Source: Catajapyx aquilonaris
Taxonomy: Eukaryota
Length of the DNA: 20,000 nucleotides
NCBI GenBank assembly: GCA_000934665.2
Contig: KZ538363.1
Coordinates: forward strand, 58,792 to 78,791
Reading direction: 5' to 3'
Below, piece after piece: positions 10,286 to 18,995 of this stretch. Both the position numbers and the translations under genes were made by a program. The stretch's first letter is position 1, and each line of letters starts with the position of its first letter. The notes under the pieces were generated by a model. That model saw nothing but the letters and a program-made list of their open reading frames with translations. It was not told the DNA's origin and ran no database searches.

Positions 10286-11852
10286 TATACAAAAACCAAA
10301 ATTTCTCTAATGGTCCGGAATATAGAAAGACGTCTTTCTATGGCATATAAACACCATGCTGCATTTACAAATCGTCACGGTATCGCGAGTGTTATCATGA
10401 ACGCTGAGAAAATATAGACTGTTATTAATACGTTCACGGGAAGTGTCACAAACTTTTTCCAGGTCTTGCACAACCGAGTGTTTTCTACGAGGGATTACAC
10501 GAATTTTCGTGCCTGATGGCAGAAATGTCACGCATACGCTCTTAATATTTCAGTACATAATCCTGTAGGCTTAGTCTGGATGCTATGAATCAAGGAGTGC
10601 GTGTGAAGGCAGCGGAGGTGACGTGATTTCTGCCTGTTCATCTCATCAGTAAATGAAGACCGACAATCGCGGCGGCAACTAAAATAACGTTAATTTAGTG
10701 CCGGGGTTTGCCCGCGAAACACAACATTTGTTCTTGTGCGTGTCCCAAAGAATTATGGTGAGAACAATGACGGAGAAGTGTATAGGTGTGCTACAAACCT
10801 TGAGAAGCCGAGACGTCTGATACACGATGTTCCCCCAAAAAAACATGATAGAAATTACATGACAAAAACATCACGTCTAATGATGGGTTGCCTATGCAGT
10901 GGCCATGATGTACTTGTATAAATTGTGTCTGTGCCTGGAGTATTCTGTTGTTTGTTATATAATAGGGTCTACTATTTGTGTAGGTTAGATTTTTCAGCTT
11001 TATAGTGAACGTTAGCATAGTATTGGCACATGGAGCGGTTAAAATTAATTAAACTTAATCGATTCATTAAGATTAATTGAATGAATAATTACATTGCGTG
11101 TACTGAATCCATAATATACATATGTACTGTAGGCACCTCAGGAACACTAAAACCCCACCTATATACAAAACTAGTTAACCCTCATCAAACATGGTGAGAG
11201 TTTAAATTCTGCGCATGAACTTTTTTCATATAGCTATACAATAAAAAAGCTAGTTTGCACTCCGCCTGGATATTGTATAGGCAAGTTAAACCGCAGCTTT
11301 ATCACGCAGCATCAGTGCTTTGAAATCAAGCTGCATGAATTTCTACAATTTATTTCTAGTCATAAATTGTGATTCTCTGCCCACCGTGTTGTAACAGATG
11401 AGTGGGTTCTTGTGAGTAGAAGCCTCAATAAAAGCAATCAGATAGCATCATATCATGTGCACCCAGTTTGCAGTCTGCTCGTACAAACATGTTAACTGCT
11501 ATCTCAAAATGATACAGATCAGGCTTTAGAGAATCAAGGAAAAATAATAATCATACAATAGACGTCCGGCGTTGTTTTGCCCGCTGATTACACAGTCAAT
11601 GCAGCTTCTTGCATCAAAGTCGATCTCCCATCAGATTGCCTTGAAACAATTACCATTGGACAGCCTGGCCCTTCTACTTCTCCTGATGGCAAAATGATCT
11701 CCAAGAAAGTTAATCCCAAAGCAACTCGGATCCTGACATCTGAAATGGCGTCGGCCATTTCCTGGAGGCTTAATATAATTTTATGACAGCTGCAAGAAGC
11801 GGTGGTGTGCATGGGTTTCTCTAGACAGAGCATCGCGACCCCTTCACCCAAA

Positions 11853-11887
11853 CCCCCCTCAGCACACCTATACCTAGCTGAGGGGGG
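11853..11887. repeat. Perfect 11-bp GC-rich inverted repeat
   Basis: CCCCCCTCAGC / 13-nt loop / GCTGAGGGGGG. Confidence 0.85.
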
Positions 11888-11982
11888 ATTTTTCAACCGA
11901 ACTCCGTAAATCCCGAGTGGTTTTTCCCAGACTCGCTTTCCATTTTTCTCCTCTTTTTTTTGTTATATTCTGCTCTCCTTCG

Positions 11983-12019
11983 TTCTTCTTCTTCTTCTTC
12001 TTCTCCTTCTCCTTCTTCC
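11983..12019. repeat. (CTT)n/(CTCCTT)n microsatellite
   Basis: Directly visible; it explains the poly-E/K/F/S stretches in the overlapping ORFs. Confidence 0.95.
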
Positions 12020-12410
12020 ACCTCCCACTTTTTCTTTTGTTCCGCACGCCTCCGCCCCTGTTTTTCAGTGTCAGGTGGAACAGTGGCCACAAAGGGAGCT
12101 CCGTTCTGCTTGTATCCCACCTGGCAAACCTCATTCGGCTTGCCTTTCCATGGCACTGACAGCTCCTCATGGCCCCTGGAGCTGCCTCGATGGAAGATCT
12201 GGATGGGGGCCCCCATTGCCTTTCGAGGCTTCTTCGCTTTGCTTGCCGGCTTCTGATGCACCCAAACATCATACAGTCCAGGCCGTGAACTCACAAAACG
12301 CATATAACCCTTCGTCATAATTATACAAATAATAGCCTGTGATGTAACCAAAGTTTAATCAATCTTTGCCTCTGCATACAATAAGAGATGTAAGTTATTT
12401 TCACTCATTT

Positions 12411-12435
12411 TCTTCAGAATATCATATTCTGAAGA
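12411..12435. repeat. Perfect 12-bp palindrome with 1-nt spacer
   Basis: TCTTCAGAATAT-C-ATATTCTGAAGA. Confidence 0.9.
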
Positions 12436-13656
12436 CAATTAGTGAAAATAACTCGTGGATGACACTATTCACTTGTAACTTTAATAAACTGTACTTAAAT
12501 TCAACCTAAAAATACAGTGTGAAGTTGGTGTGAAGCTGTGAAACTGAGCCAAAACTTAATATATTTGAGAAGACATTCAGGGAGACATTACATATGAGAC
12601 TAAATGAGAGAATAGTGTAAATATTTTAGATGCGTATGATTGCTGAAGGATGAATTTCCTTGGTAATTATCAGCAGCTTACATTAGGTCATTTTTACACT
12701 CCTGGGTCACACTATAATAGTAACGGAAATTTTTAATAGCTCGGCCTCGCATTCCAACCATTATACGGAACTTTAATCAACAAGTTTTATACACTGGGCG
12801 TAAAAAAATACGTTAAGTATATAACTTGCTCCACCGGTGCTTATCATATTTTCTTCAGATTTTATTGTGTTGCTATGACGTCAAACTTGACATTTATTAC
12901 CATGAAGCTGATCATGTTACTGTGGAATGACTGAGGATTTTTATCAGTGGCAGTTTGTTATTAATTTGATTTTGGCATTTAACTATACGCAATGTATTCT
13001 AAGGTCTGATTAATTAAGAATAATATGTGAGACTACAAAATGTTTTTTAACAACATTAGCATATTATTCTAAACAAAACATAAATATGTTACGATAAGGC
13101 TGAAAGTAAAAAGGCTATTGTATCAGTAAGAATGTTACAATCACGTACGGCCCACAATATAATATTTCTGCAGACGCAATAATAATTTTGTACAATCATC
13201 ATAATTATACAGAATTGAGATATGTGATTCCAGCCTATAAACAAGTTGACTCATCGCCTATAGGCTGTAGTAGTTACCATATAGAGGACATACAGCGGTC
13301 AGAGAGGACCCACTTCAATGGAGACGAGACACTAGACTAGACACACGCAGGTTATAGCACCCTGATGGGCTTTGTCCGCTCAGTGACTCATCACCAACGT
13401 GCATGTAGTACTACTTTCCCCCTAAGCACAGCAGTAGTGTGCAAAGAGAGAGAGTATGCTCCACCTGGTAGTGGGCTATGGTACTACTTCCAAGTGGCAG
13501 TATTGCCCAAATTTGGCAATGGACCTCCTGCTAGTATATTATATTAGCATTTTAATTACTTAAAGCTTATATGATGAATCCGCGAGTCAATTATAATTAT
13601 GAGACACAAAATTACCCGGTCACTATACAGTCGGCATCGTTTGCCATGAATAATTG

Positions 13657-14441
13657 CAGGGGTTAGGCAAAATAATAGGAACACCTGCAAAAAGCGGTTG
13701 AAACTTCGCGTCGGTTTTATTCGACAACTTGAGAAGTTACAAATATAACTTTTACCAGGTTTTGAAGCTCTGTCGATTTACATTTGTCGATATATGCAGA
13801 TGATGACGTAAAAATCACGAAGGGGGGGAGAGACAGAAATTACGAACGACCTCCCCCACCGCATTTTTGACCGGAGTTTCAGGCAAATTGTCATTTGAAA
13901 ACCAAAACAGTTACGGGAATGAACTTTACTGGGTTTTGAAGCTCTATCGATGTCACTTTGTGAGATATACAGATGGCCCAGAAATCACTCGAGGGAGCTG
14001 AGAAAAAATAGAAACGACACCCCCTCCCCCCTCCCGGCCACTGATTTAAAGAATAGAATGATTGTACAGTGCGTAGGTTGGAAAAAATAACGGATTTTTA
14101 GCCATCTGTGTACCACAAAGTGTCATCGATAGAGCTTCAAAACGCAGTACAAAGTTCATATCCGTACCTGTTTTGGTTTTCAAATGACATGCCTAGAACA
14201 CTTTGGTCAAAAATGGGGGTGGATGAGAATGGGGTGGGGGTGTCGTTCGTCTTTTGTTTCTCCCCCCTCCCTTCGTGATTTTTGCGTCATCTGCATAACA
14301 TGCCTTGACAAATTTACATCGACAGAGCTTCAAAACCTGGTAAAAGTCATCTTTGTAACTTTTCCAGTTTTCGAATAAAACAGACACGAAGTTTCAACCG
14401 CTTTTTGCAAGTATTCCCTATTATTTTGTCTAACCCCCCTG
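13657..14441. mobile_element. Non-autonomous Tc1/mariner-type DNA transposon (foldback/MITE) with ~330-350 bp terminal inverted repeats
   Basis: Left arm 13657-13986 (CAGGGGTTAGGCAAAATAATAGGAACACCTGCAAAAAGCGGTTGAAACTTCG...) is the imperfect reverse complement of right arm 14093-14441 (...CGAAGTTTCAACCGCTTTTTGCAAGTATTCCCTATTATTTTGTCTAACCCCCCTG). TA follows the right end (14442-43); TG precedes the left end (possibly a mutated TA). CAG-start plus TA target is typical of Tc1/mariner. No transposase ORF. Confidence 0.85.
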
Positions 14442-15801
14442 TATATCTGAACAGAAATGTGCAGGCTGTTTCATAATCCACAGGCCCCTTGTAAGTTTGT
14501 TGGGCTCATTATGAAACAATATGTGTATATTTATCGATCCCAGTGATCTTATCCTCTGTCATTTTACTTTGTGAAATCACACCAATTATTGTCCTCGTGA
14601 GAGAAAGATTTAACTCCTTGCTGGACAACGTATGAAACTCAGGAAACATTGGGAATCTGCAGAAGCCTACCAAAGTGTGACTTGGATGCAACAAACAATT
14701 CAGTAGAAATATTACAGATATTTTTGTGGTGATTCTGTATCTGTACTGTGTAGTTATAGAATTGTACACAGCATAAGCAGGAGCACATATATTCTGCCGG
14801 TACGCTCAATCCAATCTAAAGTTAACCAAATATCATACCTGCCATGGGAGCAGGGCGGTTCAAGGCTTCGTTCAAGGACTAAAACTTGCCATGGAATTGG
14901 CACTAATGACCGTGGAATGAACTCTTTTTTGTTGCTGTTTCTTTTTTGTTCCAAATGGATATGCTGGCCGGTGACATCACCCGGCAAATATGCCAACCAG
15001 AGTTTATTGGTTTTATAAAACTTAAGAATATAGGGTTCTAGACGATATTTTTTGAAAATCACAGCATGCTGGATATTGGGAATCATTGCAAGCACTCTCC
15101 TCATGGTATCTCGAGCACTAATTTTTCTCCTTCGAGCTCCAAGTAAATCCAAAGCTCTAATAAAGACATTTTGACGGCAGGTCTGGCAAGTAGGCTTCGT
15201 GAAAAGGCCGGATTTGCTGGAATTGCGTGGGATTACTTAGTGGGTGGCCAAATAAACACGGTGGCTGGATGGAGCCGGGAGAGTATAATGCGGCGGTGCC
15301 GGTGTGTATATACAGTATACCAGGGTTCTTTTTATGACTGGCGAGTATAAAACCCCCTTCATCCCGCCACCACCCGTAGCCTTATCCAGCATCTCCTCGT
15401 ATATGCGCCGAGCTAAAACTCCGGACGCCTATTTTTCTTCCATCCTGCTCCCGGAGAGCTCGAATTTACTTCAGGATCTACCTAAGCAAGGACGGTGCGA
15501 GGCATTATTGGCCCCCCCGGTACGGCAGACAAGTTGTCCATAAGCGGTACACTTCTTCAGTGCGAAATTTTTGTTTGGTCCAGTCTGTGTCATATCGCAC
15601 CAAAGTGCACAACATCCGGTGGTCCTTCTGTCGCTGATCAAGTTTGAAGCTATAGATGGCGAGAAATCCGGAGCCCGGAAAGGACCCGGCGGATATGTCT
15701 TCCGGAGAACTAGTGCTAGGGAAGTGTCGGTGGCCGAGGCCCCCATTTCCTGAATGGCCCTCTTTCTCTCTCTCTCGCCTTTAGCCTGGCCAGAAGTGGA
15801 G

Positions 15802-15821
15802 CACACACACACACACACACA
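15802..15821. repeat. (CA)10 microsatellite
   Basis: Directly visible; an imperfect (CT)n run lies at ~15760-15776. Confidence 0.95.
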
Positions 15822-15958
15822 TGGAACATTGCTGGTGCCGCGAGGAGGAAATAAAGAGGGGAAAAGAGGGGAGAGGCGGGGGTGTGCTCTGGGGAGATCC
15901 TCCTGCAGCCCAGCGGGGGTCGCATTGACTCCTAGCCTGCTGACAAATCCAGGGGCCC

Positions 15959-15972
15959 GTCTCCATGGCAAC
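15959..15972 (+). promoter_or_regulatory. RFX X-box
   Basis: GTCTCCATGGCAAC is a full match to the GTHNYYATRRNAAC X-box consensus, inside a GC-rich island. Confidence 0.5.
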
Positions 15973-16503
15973 TCGGGGGGCGCACACGGCCCCCCTCTCT
16001 CCCCCCCCCCCCACCATATATATGTACACACCCTCTCTTTTCAAGTCTCCAGCCTCCTTTTCCAATTCCAGATCCGGAAGTAAATTCCGCAGCCAGCATT
16101 GTGCTTCAGTTTCCGCGTCCCCCTTTGGTAATATACAGTCCAAATGCCAAATTCCAGACGGTTGAATCTATTGGAGGAGCTGCCAAGTGCGATTAACGGT
16201 TACTCTGGAGGACCGCCTTTCAGCGAGCTCCCTTTAAAATAATGGATTTGCATAATGAGATATCTCACCGCAATGGCCACATTGCAGCGCTGGTGGAGTA
16301 CTTGCAAATTTCGCAAAGGCTGACAGGAGTTTAATAACTGTGCTGCAGTTGGCTTACGATACTGTGAGGTGAGGTTAATGACTCGGACTCGAGTGATCTA
16401 ATTAATCCATTTAAAAATACTAGAGACAGTGGGGTTAAAAATGAACTATTTTGCGACCTTACTCACACATATAATCAACTCTACGTCTCAGTCATATTAA
16501 TTA

Positions 16504-16589
16504 CCGTATATGACGGCATATAAGACGCACCTCCCCCACCCCCAAATTGCTCAAAATATCGTCCTGCTACTTATATGTGAATATACAAG
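16504..16589. mobile_element. Degenerate Tc2/pogo-like mini-element
   Basis: Starts TA|CCGTATATGACGGCATATAAGACGCACC, resembling the CCGTA...TATAAGACGCAC terminus of TcMar-Tc2 elements (from recall). A degenerate inverted copy TGCTACTTATATGTGAATATACAAG|TA lies at the other end. Confidence 0.55.
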
Positions 16590-16816
16590 TAGCCTACAAT
16601 AAAATATTTTTAGATAGACCATAAGTAAACGCATAACGCAATGAATACACCATAAGTAAATAATTCGTATATGATGTGCCATTTGCTCCACAAAGAGCAT
16701 TTTCAGGGCAATAATAAATGTCACCATAAATTAACTTAGGGACACACAATCAGTCCAGCAATTTTTCCGACATGTCTGGGCTAAAGAAAAGCGTAGCAGT
16801 TCATGAAGGATCCGGT

Positions 16817-17689
16817 CTTTGAAGCAAAGGGCAACAGTGGATGCGGGTATGAGGAGGGTTATTCAAAGGGCCGGTCCCAAGCAGTCGGCCATTTTTCCAG
16901 GAATGAAAAGCCTTGGCTTGCCACTTCATTAATCATCCGGAGGTTGAAGAGGGTGTTGGGTTGGTGGGGGTTTCTCAGGGGGGGTAAACAACACCGGCGA
17001 CGTGACCCAGCTCTATCGGCTTATATGAGTCTGCAAAAAGTGCCCCCAAAAATAACGGGCCCGATTTTTTTTTCTTCTTCTTTTTGGAGGTCCTTTCAGG
17101 GCTGATCCGACCCAAAAGTGGCAGGCGTAAAACATCGACGTTGTCCGTCAATCTGCCGCAAGAAATCGCACCGACAATGGCTCATTAGCCTATTAATATT
17201 CCGCCATCAATCAGGCGACAAGGGGCGTGCGCCTGGCGATTACCCGAGGAAAAACAGCGTCGCCAATAAATTGTTATGCATGAAAAATATTCTATGCAGA
17301 GGTCTTTTTCTGGATGCTTTCATTTACATGGGGGGGTTTGCCAGGCATGTCCTTAGGTTTCGTCTTAATTGCGAGTGAGGAATGGATGACGTAGCCAAAT
17401 TGATCGATTGATCGCTTGTGAATGCGTCCTTCAGTCCACCTGTCACTTCATCATTTCCAGTGAATATGTTTTAAACAACGTTACACTTGGAAGCAACCCC
17501 ATTAATCACGATTAAGAATCCAGAACGTCCATCAAAATTGTCGTGTGATCACTTTATACCGAACTGTACATGACCGGTCCCGGGTAATGAAATCGCTGCT
17601 TGATTTTATGCCCCCAGACTCACAATGACCTCATGAAAGCCAGTCTTGTTCGCAATGTTGCAAGCCACTTTGAATAGCACCATAAATCT
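16817..17689 (-). promoter_or_regulatory. Candidate Hox/Exd(Pbx)/Hth(Meis)-responsive enhancer
   Basis: Minus-strand TGATTAATG (16927-35), TGATTGATGG (17204-13), TGATTAATGG (17499-508), AGATTTATGG (17680-89) and TGACAG (17440-45). TCF-type CTTTGAA (16817-23) and TTCAAAG (16862-68) also present. Confidence 0.5.
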
Positions 17690-17943
17690 AAATAAGCACC
17701 AGCTATTTAAGCCCGAATTAGTCTGTGATCAACAGGGCAGGACAATACGCTTTTTTTAAACAAATTTAAAAAAATGAAGACTATTTCCTTTCCTATATAT
17801 CTTTCCATCAAGTGGCTCGTGTTTTGCCATCAGGCCGATGGAGTGGTGATAACGTCGCCAAAGAATGCCAAAGTGAAAACCCCCCGAAAGATGCGAGCGC
17901 ACCCGCGATTTGCCCAGGGTGATATTTCATTTCTTCCCTCCAG

Positions 17944-17946
17944 GGG
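17944..17946 (+). other. Candidate 3-nt microexon (GGG)
   Basis: ...GTGATATTTCATTTCTTCCCTCCAG|GGG|GTAAGT: a polypyrimidine tract and CAG acceptor, followed 3 nt later by a consensus GTAAGT donor. Confidence 0.4.
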
Positions 17947-18371
17947 GTAAGTACGCTCGCTGCGCGGCAATGATGCCCATCTAACTTGCAGATGCCCCGC
18001 GTCACGTGGCGTGTGTGTCGCCCTCTTATAGGACACACTTACCTTAACATACATTACATATAAGATTGCACCTGGGCTATACATTCAATTTTATCATAAT
18101 AATCATAATAATATGGTACATGTTAAATTAAGGTTCGGAATGGGTCAAAAGGGAACTTGGACTAAAAATCTTCCCACCCTGCTCCCATCTTTCGGTTAAA
18201 GGTTAACAAAATCCAACTACCTCGGGAGTTGGTATTTTGAGGCTGGAACCGCCCTTCCTCACGCAACGAATGATGGAACGGCATGTATAAGGGTGGGCAG
18301 GAGAAAACTTACAGAGGAGGAGGAGTACACGTTTTTTATATTTCAAAAAAAAAAACTTTTAAAAAAGTGGT

Positions 18372-18392
18372 GGGGGGGGGGGGGGGGGGGNG
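18372..18392. repeat. Poly-G run containing an N (possible assembly join)
   Basis: G19-N-G; a similar G-run with an N lies at 9642-9654. Confidence 0.9.
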
Positions 18393-18804
18393 AAAAAAAC
18401 TGGATTCTCCCCCCTTTTAGTGGAACCGATTCCCGCGGCGAGGATTAGCGGGAGGTTAATTTGGTGACCTTAATTCCGAGGCAAAATATTGACCCTAAAA
18501 ACGGGTCTGCTGCGTTTAATTGCAAAAATCGGGGCGAGTGCACTAAAATCCGGCTATTTCCCGTATAATAACCAGAAGGCGGTCGATCTATATATAAAAA
18601 ATAGATCGATCGTCCCTAGCAACCTCCCTCGATTTTTTTTCCTTTTTTTATTTAGGGGGGAGGGCTTCACACTTTTTTGACCATTACCACAAGAATGGTG
18701 ATTATGGGTCTCTTTTTTTTATGTTGGTTCCTACCCCAGTATGTGTGTGCACCAGTGTGTTTTGATAGCCTGTGCAGAGGAGATGCTGAAAAGCGCAGGG
18801 CGAG

Positions 18805-18995
18805 AAGGAGGCGGGGACTTCCCTGCCGCTGATTGGTCGGTCCAAACAAACAAACAGTAACATTTTTTGGCGGCGCAGCGGGCGGTTTCTAGGGGGGAAG
18901 AGAGCCAATATGGCCGGCCACCAGAAACAGGCAGGGGGCGGCAGGGGGTTCGGGTAATGATGATGAGTGGATTTTAGGGGAGGGGATGGGAGGGT
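18805..18995. promoter_or_regulatory. Promoter-like module (CCAAT boxes, GC boxes, kB-type site, Fox-type site, G4 motif)
   Basis: GAGGCGGGG 18808-16, GGGGACTTCCC 18813-23, CTGATTGGTC 18829-38, AAACAAACAAACA 18844-56, AGCCAAT 18903-09, GGGGGCGG 18934-41, G4 motif 18977-94. Confidence 0.45.

Noticed and set aside
10734..10755. CTTGTGCGTGT matching the 5' half of miR-210; similar partial matches to miR-34 (~3309), miR-29/285 (~17675) and miR-92 (~19761)
   Set aside because: Matches are only ~8-11 nt, the remainder diverges, and I see no precursor hairpin.
11853..11892. GC hairpin followed by T-run, like a bacterial intrinsic terminator or Helitron end
   Set aside because: Eukaryotic non-coding context, no upstream gene, and no correctly placed CTRR|T terminus; kept only as an inverted repeat.
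11893..12351. Charged, NLS-like ORFs (poly-E/K/R)
   Set aside because: The charge runs are translations of the (CTT)n microsatellite and T-runs; several frames are open; no homology recognised.
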